Shown here: piece after piece, positions 37,132-47,096 of the stretch
Layout: every line of letters starts with the position of its first letter
How positions within the stretch are numbered: the first letter of the stretch is position 1
Virus record (IMG/VR): IMGVR_UViG_3300013936_000023
Coordinates: 10,757 to 74,756 of that record
DNA: 64,000 nucleotides
Source of the DNA: a virus
Lineage: Duplodnaviria > Caudoviricetes
Direction: 5' to 3' (one strand)
The notes under the pieces: generated by a model
What the model was told of the DNA's origin: nothing
Database searches by the model: none
Seen by the model: only the letters and a program-made list of their open reading frames with translations
Program-made: the position numbers and the translations under genes

Positions 37132-40100
37132 TTATACCATTTTACATTGTCACACCATGTTATCAAACGCCGTGACTAACATCGACTCTGTAACGACATA
37201 TCAGCAATATGTTGACAGGGCTAAAGAGTTGGGCATGACAGCTATGGCGATATCCGAGCATGGCTCAGTTATGGGCTGGGTCAAAAAGAAATTGGCAATG
37301 GAAGCCGCTGGTATAAGGTTCATTGCAGCCGAAGAATTTTACTTGACCAACACGCTCGACGAAAAGATTCGAGACAACTACCATTGCTTGCTCATCGCCA
37401 AGAATTATGACGGCGTACTTGAGCTGAACAAGTTGTCGAGCAAATCTTTCAATCGAGACGACAATTCGTTCTACTATGTGCCGCGCATCACTATTGAGGA
37501 TGTCAAGAACACCAGTGACAACATCATCGTATCAACGGCGTGTTTGGGCGGCGTGCTTAACAAAGCACCTGAGCCTATTCGCCAAGATTTTTTTGATTGG
37601 CTATGCCAGCATCCCGACCGTTGCTTTCTTGAAGTTCAGCCGCATATCAGCGCAGAGCAGAAACGATATAATCAAGCGCTTTGGGCGTTGAGCAAACGTA
37701 GTGGATTGCGGCTGCTGATGTGTACAGATACCCATGCGCTCAACGCCGAGCATGTGGAAGGTCGCAAGATTTTACAAAAGGCCAAGAGCATCCACTTTGA
37801 CGGCGAGGATGAATTTCATCTTGAGATGTTGAGCTATGATGAGCTTGTACGGCTATGTCAGCTCCAGAACGCCTTGCCCATGCAAGTTTATCTCGACGCC
37901 ATTGAGATGACGAATACGGTGGCGGATATGGTTGAGCCGTTTGAGCTGGACTATTCCTACAAGTACCCGCACCTTTGGGGTGATGATAGCGAACAGGTGC
38001 TTAGAGCCAAGATTGCAGATGGCATTAAATGGCGCGGCGTTGATAAGCTGCCCAACTACCAGCAGTATCTTGACCGCATTGAGTATGAAATGAAGGCATA
38101 TATCCATAATGGCGCTATTGATTTCATGTTGTTGATGGAGGATATTGTGGCATGGTGTCGCACACAGGATATTCTAATCGGTTATGGGCGAGGGTCGTGC
38201 ACGGGCAGTCTGATTGCCTATCTGCTCGGCATCACAGAGATGGACAGCATCAAGCACGGCCTTAATTTCGACCGCTTCATGAATGTGGAGCGTGTGTCAC
38301 TGAGCGACATTGATAGCGACATCGCTCCAAACAGAATTGACGAGGTTAAGGATTATGTGTTCAATAAGCACGGTCTGTACTGCGCCGATATTGTCACATT
38401 TAACACCATTGCCCTGAAGGGTGCCGTGCGAGATGTTGGCCGTGCATTAGGTATGTCGCTTGATGAAGTCGGCGCAATATGCAACGTGGTCGAACAGGAT
38501 GAGGCTGGATGCCGCGCTAAATATCCGGAGTTGTTCGAATATGTCGATATAGTAAACGGCTGCGTGGTGTCTGTGGGCAACCATCCTTCGGGCATGATAG
38601 TAGCACCGCACAGCATTGATGACCGCATGGGGCTATTCACCACATCTACGGATACGGTGCCTATTAGCCAAATCAATATGAAAGAGGTTGACCTTCAGAA
38701 CTACGTTAAGCTCGATTTGCTGAAATTGATAACCATACAGATTATCAATGAGACTTGCAAAATGATTGGCATAGACAGATTGACGCCGGATAATATAGAC
38801 GTAAATGATGTGGCTGTGTGGCAGTCTATTAGAGATGATACAACGGCCATATTCCAGTGGGAGTCGAGTTCGGCACAGCGGTATATCAAGCAGCTGCTGT
38901 CAGATAATACTATTGCCAAGTTGCGCAAGGTGCAGCCCGATATTGACTATATCACATTGCTGTCTATGGGTAATGGTGCCATTCGCCCCGCTGGCGCATC
39001 ATATCGTGATGAATTGGCAAACGGCGATATTAGAACCTATGACAATGAAGCAATCAACAATTTCATGTCTGATACATTCGGCTTCTTGATTTTCCAGTGT
39101 CAGATTATCGGCTTTTTGCACCAATACTGTGGCTATACTATGGGCGAGGCCGATGTTGTGCGTCGTCATTTTGCCAAAAAAACAGGCACAGATAAGGATA
39201 TCCCGCAAATCAAGGCTGGCTTTGCCAAGACTATGAGGGAACAGTATGGAATGAGCCAAGAGGAGTCCGACAAGACCATTGCCGATTTTATCCAGGTCAT
39301 TGAAGATGCCAGCAACTATCTATTCAGCCTAAATCATAGTCAGCCGTATAGCTATGAGGGATATGCCGAAGGATGGCTTAGATATTATTATCCGGTACAA
39401 TTCCTGACCGTATGCCTCAACGTTGAACAGGGCGATGACGGCAAGACGGCGGCATTGACAGCATACGCCCATAAGCTGGGCATCAAAATTAAATCGCCGC
39501 AGTTCCGTCATTCCAAGTCTGATTATTTCTGCGACGTTGACACCAAGTCCATATACAAAGGTCTTGGCTCAATCAAGTATATGAGCGCCGCAGTAGCCGA
39601 AGAATTGTACACCATGCGCGACCAGCAATTTGGCAATTTTATTGATTTTCTGTTCGCCATGCAGTCTATGACCAATAAGCCTGATAGCCGCCAGCTTGAC
39701 ATCCTTATCAAGATTGGGTACTTTGAGGAATTTGGCCCAGCCAAGGCGCTGTTGCTTGGCGTAGAGATTTTTAATAAATTTTTCAAGTGCAAGAATTTAA
39801 GGCTTGACAAATGGGCTGAGATGGGTTATGATATAGCCGTCCTAAAGGCCAACGCTGCCAAGCTCACAGATAAGACGGCGAGCGGCATTGACAATCATGG
39901 GCTTATCTTGGGTATTCTGCGGTCGTTGAAAATGCCGCGCACGACCATTGTTGACAAGCTCAGATGGCAATTCGAGATGCTTGGATATGTTGATGGTTCT
40001 GACTCACGCCGAGACGTCAATGAATATCTCGTGCTTGCCATCGAGACAACAAGTTATGGTGCGATATGGCTTAGGCTATATAACCTTGCCTACGGTGCTG

Positions 40101-40276
40101 AACGACGTTACAAGGTTGACAAGCGATGGGCAGCAAGCCATAGCTGCAAGACTGGCGATGTGCTCAAGGTTGTGCTGGATGAGAAGCCAAAATTCAAGAA
40201 ACTTGATGATGGCAAATTCGTCAAGACTGGCGAGGTCGAGACGGTTGTGAAAATGTTTAAGGTTTTGGAGGTTTGA
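37124..40276 (+). CDS. dnaE: DNA polymerase III alpha subunit
   Basis: PHP domain (HCHT, SEHG, CTDTH), GRGSCTGSL, SDIDSD, GNHPSG, KLDLL, FSLNHS. Confidence 0.9.
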   Translation: MSNYTILHCHTMLSNAVTNIDSVTTYQQYVDRAKELGMTAMAISEHGSVMGWVKKKLAMEAAGIRFIAAEEFYLTNTLDEKIRDNYHCLLIAKNYDGVLELNKLSSKSFNRDDNSFYYVPRITIEDVKNTSDNIIVSTACLGGVLNKAPEPIRQDFFDWLCQHPDRCFLEVQPHISAEQKRYNQALWALSKRSGLRLLMCTDTHALNAEHVEGRKILQKAKSIHFDGEDEFHLEMLSYDELVRLCQLQNALPMQVYLDAIEMTNTVADMVEPFELDYSYKYPHLWGDDSEQVLRAKIADGIKWRGVDKLPNYQQYLDRIEYEMKAYIHNGAIDFMLLMEDIVAWCRTQDILIGYGRGSCTGSLIAYLLGITEMDSIKHGLNFDRFMNVERVSLSDIDSDIAPNRIDEVKDYVFNKHGLYCADIVTFNTIALKGAVRDVGRALGMSLDEVGAICNVVEQDEAGCRAKYPELFEYVDIVNGCVVSVGNHPSGMIVAPHSIDDRMGLFTTSTDTVPISQINMKEVDLQNYVKLDLLKLITIQIINETCKMIGIDRLTPDNIDVNDVAVWQSIRDDTTAIFQWESSSAQRYIKQLLSDNTIAKLRKVQPDIDYITLLSMGNGAIRPAGASYRDELANGDIRTYDNEAINNFMSDTFGFLIFQCQIIGFLHQYCGYTMGEADVVRRHFAKKTGTDKDIPQIKAGFAKTMREQYGMSQEESDKTIADFIQVIEDASNYLFSLNHSQPYSYEGYAEGWLRYYYPVQFLTVCLNVEQGDDGKTAALTAYAHKLGIKIKSPQFRHSKSDYFCDVDTKSIYKGLGSIKYMSAAVAEELYTMRDQQFGNFIDFLFAMQSMTNKPDSRQLDILIKIGYFEEFGPAKALLLGVEIFNKFFKCKNLRLDKWAEMGYDIAVLKANAAKLTDKTASGIDNHGLILGILRSLKMPRTTIVDKLRWQFEMLGYVDGSDSRRDVNEYLVLAIETTSYGAIWLRLYNLAYGAERRYKVDKRWAASHSCKTGDVLKVVLDEKPKFKKLDDGKFVKTGEVETVVKMFKVLEV

Positions 40277-40395
40277 TGCTATGGGAAGAAAAATCGATGT
40301 GGATGCTTTAATTGATTGGCTTGAAGACGGCTATGATGAAGACCATGCTTTTGCTGAAGGATTGCTTAGGGCTACGAGTGAGGAGGATGGTGGCA

Positions 40396-40695
40396 ATGAC
40401 TGAATACATTGAGCGTGAAGCGGCGCTCAGAGAAATTGAACGGCGCGAGAAGTTTATGGTTGGCGACAAGACTATTACGACGGATGCCATGAAATCGTTT
40501 ATCAAGAATCGCCCTGCCGCTGACGTTGCGCCGGTGGTACATGCCAAGTGGGGCACGGGCCGGTTCAATCTGGAAACAGGAAACTATGAGGAACAGTGCA
40601 CCCGATGCCGGAAATTCTCTAAAGAGTATTGCGTGCCGTACTGCCCCAACTGCGGCGCGAAGATGGACGGAGGTGAGAGAGATGCCAGCGTGTAA
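40396..40695 (+). CDS. zinc-ribbon phage protein
   Basis: MTEYIEREAAL...PAADVAPVVHAKW...YCPNCGAKMDG. Confidence 0.7.
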   Translation: MTEYIEREAALREIERREKFMVGDKTITTDAMKSFIKNRPAADVAPVVHAKWGTGRFNLETGNYEEQCTRCRKFSKEYCVPYCPNCGAKMDGGERDASV

Positions 40696-40945
40696 AGCGT
40701 GCGGCGAATGGTTCGCCAAATCCAGAGATGACATGGTGCTTTGCAGCAAGTGTGAAATGGCATTAGGACGATTGGCTGGTTACGCCGTGGTCGTGACGCG
40801 GTGCAAAGACTGTCGAGGCTCTCGCAAGCTGAACCGAAACGACAGGCTGGAAGATGTCTATACAGAAGGGGTTTTGTGGTGCATGAATCAGTCTAATGGC
40901 GTATGGCCGGATGATTTTTGCAGCTATGGCGAGCCGAAGTTTTGA
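40682..40945 (+). CDS. Cys-rich hypothetical protein
   Basis: VVVTRCKDC...PDDFCSYGE. Confidence 0.6.
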   Translation: MPACKACGEWFAKSRDDMVLCSKCEMALGRLAGYAVVVTRCKDCRGSRKLNRNDRLEDVYTEGVLWCMNQSNGVWPDDFCSYGEPKF

Positions 40946-40970
40946 CAAATGCAAAATTCTATGATATAAT
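40942..40970 (+). promoter_or_regulatory. sigmaA promoter (probable original promoter of the AAA ATPase)
   Basis: TTGACA-N17-TATAAT, followed by SD and orphan start MGIAV. Confidence 0.7.
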
Positions 40971-41037
40971 ATCAAATGCTGAATAAAGGCAGAAAGTGAG
41001 GATATAAGAATATGGGGATTGCAGTCAAGAATTTTCA

Positions 41038-41186
41038 AAAAAAAGTTCTTGACAACGGCATCTGGATGCGATATAATCTATAATAGAGGTTGAGATAAGG
41101 TTGCAAACTTTCTCATTTAGGACAACGTGCTTACTCCGCGTTGTCCACTCTAATAAAAATTTCTTGAGTAAGGAGAATGTAAGATG
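41038..41186 (+). repeat. ~150-bp direct repeat copy 1: promoter plus HEG leader RNA copy C
   Basis: TTGACA(41049)-N17-TATAAT; near-identical to 42380-42527. Confidence 0.85.
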
Positions 41187-41747
41187 GAAGAAATCTGGAA
41201 AGATGTTGTTGGATATGAGGGTTTATACGAGGTAAGTAATCTTGGTAATGTGCGTAGCTTGTTTCGGTACAAGAAACAACTCAAGTGGAACGTCTTGAGT
41301 TCTGGCTATGCGACTGTTCAACTTTTCAAAGAAAAAGTTGGTACAAGATTGCTTGTACATCGACTTGTCGCCAAGGCATTCTTACCCGATCCAGATGGAT
41401 TACCGGTCGTCAACCACAAAGACGAAAACAAATTAAATAATAGCGCGGACAATCTTGAGTGGTGTACTCAACAGTATAACTTAGCTTATAACGACGGGCA
41501 TAGAAAAAGAGCCGACAACACGCGCTGGTTCTATGATGAAATGCGTGTAAGGTTCAAAGAAAATAATCCCGCTATAAAATTGCCAGTCGTTCAGATGAGT
41601 TTGTCTGGCGAATTTATAAAAGAATGGCCAAGCGCCAAAGATGCAGTTGTTGCGCTTGGCTATAAATCAGACCATATCTGTGAATGTTGCAAAGGGAAAC
41701 GAGAGACATCTAATGGATTTAGATGGAAATATAGGGAGGTAATTTAA
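41184..41747 (+). CDS. NUMOD4-HNH-NUMOD1 homing endonuclease
   Basis: EEIWKDVVGYEGLYEVSN; VHRLVA; VNHKDENKLNNSADNLEWC. Confidence 0.85.
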   Translation: MEEIWKDVVGYEGLYEVSNLGNVRSLFRYKKQLKWNVLSSGYATVQLFKEKVGTRLLVHRLVAKAFLPDPDGLPVVNHKDENKLNNSADNLEWCTQQYNLAYNDGHRKRADNTRWFYDEMRVRFKENNPAIKLPVVQMSLSGEFIKEWPSAKDAVVALGYKSDHICECCKGKRETSNGFRWKYREVI

Positions 41748-42394
41748 TTGGGGTAGCTGTTTTGATTCTTGGTGAATCCGGCTCTGGTAAGTCGGCGTCC
41801 ATGCGAAACTTTGCGGAGAATGATGTTCGCATTCTGAATGTGGCATCTAAGCCGCTGCCGTTCAGAAATGTTAACAAGCTCAAGAAGGCCGATAAGGCAA
41901 CCTATGGCATGATTCGTGGCGCTGTTACGAGTGGCCAGACGTTGAGCTATGTAGTGGATGACGCGCAGTATCTCATGGCGTTCGAGAGCTTTGACAAGGT
42001 GAACGAGACAGGATATGGCAAGTTTACCACCATGGCTAAGAACTATGAAGAAATGCTGAGATGCATTCAGGAGGACACGTCGCCCGACACCATCGTCTAT
42101 GTTATGCAGCACGTTGACGTCGATGAAAATGGCAAGGTAAAGGCAAAGACGCTCGGCAAGATGCTTGACCAGCAGCTCACGGTTGAGGGGTTATTCACGA
42201 TTGTTCTGCTTGCCAAGGCAGATGAACGCCGCCATTATTTTATCACCCAGTCTGATGGCATGAATCCGTGTAAGTCGCCGATGGGGATGTTCGACGAAGT
42301 TGAGATTGACAACGACCTCAAGATGGTCGATGACACCATCAGAGAATATTATGGACTGAAGAAGAATACTGCGCCGAGTAAAAAAAGTCCTTGA
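41747..42394 (+). CDS. AAA-family ATPase (Sak4/NTP-binding recombination protein), probable ATT start
   Basis: (I)GVAVLILGESGSGKS Walker A, VVDD Walker B, KSPMGMF; SD GGAGGT 6 nt before ATT 41747. Confidence 0.75.
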   Translation: MGVAVLILGESGSGKSASMRNFAENDVRILNVASKPLPFRNVNKLKKADKATYGMIRGAVTSGQTLSYVVDDAQYLMAFESFDKVNETGYGKFTTMAKNYEEMLRCIQEDTSPDTIVYVMQHVDVDENGKVKAKTLGKMLDQQLTVEGLFTIVLLAKADERRHYFITQSDGMNPCKSPMGMFDEVEIDNDLKMVDDTIREYYGLKKNTAPSKKSP

Positions 42395-42527
42395 CAAAAG
42401 CATCCGGATGTGATATAATCCATAATAGAGGTTGAGATAAGGTTGCAAACTTTCTCATTTAGGGCAACGTGCTTACTCCGCGTTGCCCACTCTAATAAAA
42501 TTTCTTGAGTAGGGAGAATGTAAAATG
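42380..42527 (+). repeat. ~150-bp direct repeat copy 2: promoter plus HEG leader RNA copy D
   Basis: TTGACA(42391)-N17-TATAAT; compensatory GGGCAACG/CGTTGCCC. Confidence 0.85.
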
Positions 42528-43181
42528 AGTGCTCTGAAAGATTTAACTGAGAAACGCTTTGGAAAGTTGATCGTATTACGTAGGAGTGGCAATGATAAAC
42601 ATAAGAATGCGACGTGGTTGTGTCAGTGCGATTGTGGAAACAGATGTAATGTCGTAGGTGCAAATCTTTGGCGAGGCGATACAAAGTCTTGCGGATGTTA
42701 TAAGAAAACCAATAAATACGAAGAAGATGGGGCCGTAACAAGAATCCATCTCACGAATGGCTCTGTTGTGTTAGTTGACACCGAAGATGTTCCTAAGATA
42801 TCAATGTACCAATGGAGTATCGCACGTGGATATGCCGTAGCAACGATTAACAATAAAACAACATCTATGCATCGACCAATAATGGACGCCAAAGACGGAT
42901 TTGTTGTTGACCATATCAATCATAACGAGCTTGATAACAGGAAGAGTAACTTGCGCGTGTGCACTCAAAGCAATAACGCCATGAATCGTAAAAAGGCAAG
43001 CAATAACACGTCTGGATATATAGGTGTCGTGTTTAAGAAAGATTGTGGTAAATGGGAGGCATTTATTCGAGTTGACAAGAAGCGAAAATATTTAGGGTTA
43101 TTTGAAACGCCAGAGCTTGCTCACGAAGCTCGCAAAGAAGCCGAAGAAAAATATTTTGGTGAGTTCGCCTATCAAGGCTAA
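42525..43181 (+). CDS. HNH-AP2 homing endonuclease
   Basis: CQCDCG..SCGC; VVDHINHNELDNRKSNLR; SGYIGV..WEAFI..LGLFETPELA. Confidence 0.85.
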   Translation: MSALKDLTEKRFGKLIVLRRSGNDKHKNATWLCQCDCGNRCNVVGANLWRGDTKSCGCYKKTNKYEEDGAVTRIHLTNGSVVLVDTEDVPKISMYQWSIARGYAVATINNKTTSMHRPIMDAKDGFVVDHINHNELDNRKSNLRVCTQSNNAMNRKKASNNTSGYIGVVFKKDCGKWEAFIRVDKKRKYLGLFETPELAHEARKEAEEKYFGEFAYQG

Positions 43182-43221
43182 CGATAGATTTCAATAAATT
43201 TCAGAAAGGATTCAAAAAAGT

Positions 43222-43872
43222 ATGAGAAAGGTAGATTTAAGCAAGGTTCAGGAAGCTGGTAGCGGTAACTACAAGAAGTTGCCCGTAGGAGGTTATGTTA
43301 TCCGCATCTTAAAGTGCGAAGACGTTCCCGACAAAAATCGTCTCGATTTTTACTTTGACATTGACGAAGGCGAGTACAAAGGATTCTATGGCGAGAAGTA
43401 CAAGAACGATACTCGCGAGACGAAGAAGTGGGGTGGCCGTTTCTCTAAGTCTTACGACTCAAGTAACGAAAAGGCGCTGCCGTTCTTCAAGCAGTTTGTA
43501 ACGGCTGTTCAGAACAGCAATAAGGGCTTTGTGTGGGATGAAGAGCACGAGCAGCAGTTTGTTAAGAAGGTTGTTGGAGCGACCTTTAGGGAGGAAGAGT
43601 ATCAAGGCAATAACGGAAAGATTCAGACGAGTTGCAAGCCTGATATGTTCCATAGCGCCGATAAGATTCGCAAGGGAGATTTTGAGGTTAGAGAGCTGAA
43701 GAAGCTCGACGCAACCAAGGTATCCAGTCAGACTAAGCAGGATGATTTTACTGACCCGTTTGCAAATCAGGACAACACGAAGGCCGCAAGTGACCCGTTT
43801 GCCAGTGCGCCCGCTAATGATGCCCTTGGTGATGCTACCGCACCTTGGGATACGGAGAACCCTTTCGCCTGA
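43222..43872 (+). CDS. putative single-stranded DNA-binding protein
   Basis: LPVGGYVIRI...; acidic C-terminus ending NPFA; follows the AAA ATPase. Confidence 0.6.
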   Translation: MRKVDLSKVQEAGSGNYKKLPVGGYVIRILKCEDVPDKNRLDFYFDIDEGEYKGFYGEKYKNDTRETKKWGGRFSKSYDSSNEKALPFFKQFVTAVQNSNKGFVWDEEHEQQFVKKVVGATFREEEYQGNNGKIQTSCKPDMFHSADKIRKGDFEVRELKKLDATKVSSQTKQDDFTDPFANQDNTKAASDPFASAPANDALGDATAPWDTENPFA

Positions 43873-43885
43873 GATAAAAAATATT

Positions 43886-43946
43886 GAGAGGCGGGCTTGA
43901 CAAAGGCTCGCCTCTTTGCTATAATATCCAACAAGAGGTGATGAGC
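43886..43946 (+). promoter_or_regulatory. terminator/promoter/anti-SD switch
   Basis: GAGAGGCGGGC/GCTCGCCTCT hairpin contains TTGACA(43897)-N17-TATAAT; its 3' arm can alternatively pair with SD AAGAGGTG. Confidence 0.6.
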
Positions 43947-43948
43947 TG

Positions 43949-44581
43949 ATGGTCAATAGATTCTTATCGGTAGGCACTTTGAGCGAGTGCGCCATTCAAT
44001 TCTATCGCACCCATATCAAAGTTCGCCTATCGCTTGAGGTCAACCGTCAGGTCATCACCATGCAACAGACCATCAGCCGAAAGTGGAACGCCGAGCAATA
44101 TCAGGCAATATGCAAGGCTATCCCTTATTTGCATCCGCAGATTGAGGGAATTGTAACTAAGGGCGAGCATGACCACATATACGCCATACCGCCAGCAGAC
44201 CAGCCAACACGGTTGATGGTAAGCGGCAACATCAACGAATGGCATGGGCGCATCTACTTCAACGCCCGGTACATCCGCATAGAGCCACGAGCGCCTGATA
44301 ACATGACCATAGAGCTTGATGGTCAATGGGTGGACGGTCATAAGCTGGTCAACGTGGTTGGCGATTGGCCAAGAGCATTTAGCTTGGATGCCCCAGTGGG
44401 CTATGAGCGACGAGTATATCGCTTGCGGCTTGGCTATTCAGCGGGATATATCGAGCAGGATGGCATGGTGGTTAATGTGCCATATGGATTGCAGATGTTG
44501 AGTTGCCAGCCACTTGATGAATATATCGACGATGAGCAGATGAAGAAAATTTTGCTTGAGCTTGAAATTATGGAGGGTTGA
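43949..44581 (+). CDS. hypothetical protein
   Basis: 210 aa ORF with its own promoter and SD. Confidence 0.55.
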   Translation: MVNRFLSVGTLSECAIQFYRTHIKVRLSLEVNRQVITMQQTISRKWNAEQYQAICKAIPYLHPQIEGIVTKGEHDHIYAIPPADQPTRLMVSGNINEWHGRIYFNARYIRIEPRAPDNMTIELDGQWVDGHKLVNVVGDWPRAFSLDAPVGYERRVYRLRLGYSAGYIEQDGMVVNVPYGLQMLSCQPLDEYIDDEQMKKILLELEIMEG

Positions 44582-44582
44582 C

Positions 44583-45278
44583 ATGGACAGAAAATTTCGA
44601 TTACTGGTCTGTTGTGAAGAAAGTCAGCGTGTATGTACGGCGTTTAGAGAGCGCGGCTGGGAGGCGTACAGTTGCGATATCGAGCCATGTTCTGGCAGTC
44701 ATCCTGAATGGCATATCCAACAGGATGTGCTACCGTTGATTGATGGAGACTGTACGTTTACAACCATGAATGGCGTCGAGCATCATATTGATGGTCGGTG
44801 GGATTTGCTGATTGCTCACCCGCCTTGCACTTATATGTCCAAAGCGGGTGCGAGATGGATGTATCCAACTGCTGGAGTTATCGACCAAGACCGGTTTGCA
44901 TTAGCCATGGAAGCCAAGGATTTTTTCATGCGATTCTATAATGCAAAATGCGACCATATCGCCATTGAGAATCCACGCCCGCTCAAGGTTGTTGGATTGC
45001 CTAAGCCATCTCAAATTGTTCAGCCATATGAATATGGCGACCCATACTCCAAGGAAACGCTGCTATGGACGACCGACGTTCCCGATTTAATCCCCACCAA
45101 CATCTTGACAACCTACACTCCATATGTGCCGTCTAATACTGGCGTATTCAGTCGAGGTGGAGGCGGCAATAGTGGCGTAGCACAAGGCTCTACAAAGCGG
45201 TCTAAAACATTTGAAGGCATTGCCAAGGCTATAGCTGACCAGTGGGGCGCATACATCGAGGGCAAATCCAATGGCTAA
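44583..45278 (+). CDS. C5-cytosine DNA methyltransferase-like protein (short phage form)
   Basis: LVCCEES, SCDI, LIAHPPCT (motif IV), IENP, RSKTF. Confidence 0.7.
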   Translation: MDRKFRLLVCCEESQRVCTAFRERGWEAYSCDIEPCSGSHPEWHIQQDVLPLIDGDCTFTTMNGVEHHIDGRWDLLIAHPPCTYMSKAGARWMYPTAGVIDQDRFALAMEAKDFFMRFYNAKCDHIAIENPRPLKVVGLPKPSQIVQPYEYGDPYSKETLLWTTDVPDLIPTNILTTYTPYVPSNTGVFSRGGGGNSGVAQGSTKRSKTFEGIAKAIADQWGAYIEGKSNG

Positions 45279-45615
45279 AAAATCGACAAGTCCAGATGCG
45301 GTTGAACGCAAAGCCTTGCTTGATTACATCAAATCCATTGACCCCAACGCCAACTTCATTGTGATTGGCTCGCAGCTCAAGCGGATGACGGCTGAAGGTA
45401 TGACCTATGTCGGTATACGATATGCGCTATGGTATAGCATCAACGTCAAACAGATGCAGTATCGTGGCATTGGTATCGTGCCATATATCTATGATGAAGC
45501 AAAGGCATATTGGCAATGGCAGCAGCGTATGAAGCAACAGGTAGCCAGTTGGCAACCACAAGATAATGACGCCGTAGTTGTTAAGCGGCAGAGAGAGGCC
45601 GAGGTGTTTGTATGA
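45271..45615 (+). CDS. hypothetical replication-associated protein
   Basis: IGIVPYIYDEAKAYW; directly upstream of the helicase. Confidence 0.55.
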   Translation: MAKKSTSPDAVERKALLDYIKSIDPNANFIVIGSQLKRMTAEGMTYVGIRYALWYSINVKQMQYRGIGIVPYIYDEAKAYWQWQQRMKQQVASWQPQDNDAVVVKRQREAEVFV

Positions 45616-47096
45616 GCGTATATGATTCACAGGTGGCTCGCCTTTGCTTAGGCGCTATGCTCATCAAGCCAAGTCTTGCTCTGAGCGATAAATTCCCATT
45701 AGCCAAGCAGGATTTTGAGCCGCAGATTTTTCATCTTAGGCTATATCAGGCTATCACGGCGTTAGCCAAGCGTGGCGCTCAGAGCATTAGCGCGATGGAT
45801 TGTTATACACTATGCGCGAATAACGCTGAAGTCAAGCGGGTGTTTGATGATAACAGCCTGACAGATTTCATCGACACCATCAAGCAGTTGGCCAGCGCGG
45901 ACAACTTTGAGCTATATTGGTCGAGCGTTCGTAAGGCAACATTGCTTAGAGAATATGCTAAGGCTGGCTTTGACATTGGCCGCTTTGAAGGAGATATGGC
46001 TAAGTGGAGTATCCAAGATATTCTCGACTACTATGACGGTTTAGCTATCAGCATCCGCAAGCAATTCTATCAGGATAAGAGCACAAAAGAAATGAAGGCG
46101 GGAGATGGCTTTGAAGTGGTCAAGGAACGATTCAAGGATGAGCCAGCATTTGGCGCAACTACCTTCAGCCGATACCTTAACACGGCGGCAAGAGGTTGGC
46201 AACGTGGCCAGTTGACAATGCACGGCGCGGTTAGTGGTTCTGGCAAGACAGGCGTGGCGCTATACAATGCGGCGTTGGTTGCTTGCCCTGAGCTATGGGG
46301 TGATGAGGCTGGATGCTATCAGCCTAACCCATGCTACCAGCATAAAGGTTGTCTCGTAATCCAGTACGAGCTAAACGACCAAGAGGAGCTTACACCTAAG
46401 CTCATCGGCTCTATTAGCGGGGTTCAGACCTATCATATCCTCAATGGTCGATACGAGGATGGCGAGGAAGAGCGCGTAGACAAGGCTATTGAAATCTTGC
46501 ACGATTCTAACATCTACCTTGTAACCATGCCAAGCTTTACGAACGACAAGCTCAAGGCGTGCATCAAGGAATATGCCACGTTGCATGATGTTGGCTATGT
46601 GGTCTTTGACTATGTGAGCCAGCAGTCCGCGGTATCGAGCGATATCGCTAAGAAGAACGGCGTGGCAACTCGCTCAGACCAAGTGCTGTCAGACATTGTT
46701 TCCAACCTCAAGGATATTGCGGTTGAAAATAACGTGGCCATTCTGACGTTCTGTCAGACCAACGCCAACGTCAACAACCAAGAGGTTCTTGATGCCGGAT
46801 GCTTGGCTGGTAGTCGCGCTATGCAAGATAAGCTGGACGTGGGCGGCATCATCATGCCGTTACGTCGCCAAGAGAAAGAAATCGTGGCTATGATGGTTGA
46901 GGCCGGTAAAGCGCCCATTGAGCCAAACCGCATCATTCATTTGTTCAAGGTTCGCTTTGGCAATCAGATTCGGCACCTCAAAGTTTGGGGTAGGTTGGAT
47001 TTGAACACAGGCAGATGGACGGATTGCTGGTGCACTGATAGCGATAACAAGCCATACGAGATGACAAGGACAAAGCTGGTATATGCCAATGATTGA
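45612..47096 (+). CDS. dnaB: DnaB-like replicative helicase
   Basis: GAVSGSGKT, VVFDYV, TFCQTN, KVRFG. Confidence 0.8.
   Translation: MSVYDSQVARLCLGAMLIKPSLALSDKFPLAKQDFEPQIFHLRLYQAITALAKRGAQSISAMDCYTLCANNAEVKRVFDDNSLTDFIDTIKQLASADNFELYWSSVRKATLLREYAKAGFDIGRFEGDMAKWSIQDILDYYDGLAISIRKQFYQDKSTKEMKAGDGFEVVKERFKDEPAFGATTFSRYLNTAARGWQRGQLTMHGAVSGSGKTGVALYNAALVACPELWGDEAGCYQPNPCYQHKGCLVIQYELNDQEELTPKLIGSISGVQTYHILNGRYEDGEEERVDKAIEILHDSNIYLVTMPSFTNDKLKACIKEYATLHDVGYVVFDYVSQQSAVSSDIAKKNGVATRSDQVLSDIVSNLKDIAVENNVAILTFCQTNANVNNQEVLDAGCLAGSRAMQDKLDVGGIIMPLRRQEKEIVAMMVEAGKAPIEPNRIIHLFKVRFGNQIRHLKVWGRLDLNTGRWTDCWCTDSDNKPYEMTRTKLVYAND

Noticed and set aside
41038-42527. IS or composite transposon bounded by the 150-bp repeats
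   Set aside because: No transposase, terminal inverted repeats or target duplication; each repeat is the promoter/leader of its own HEG.
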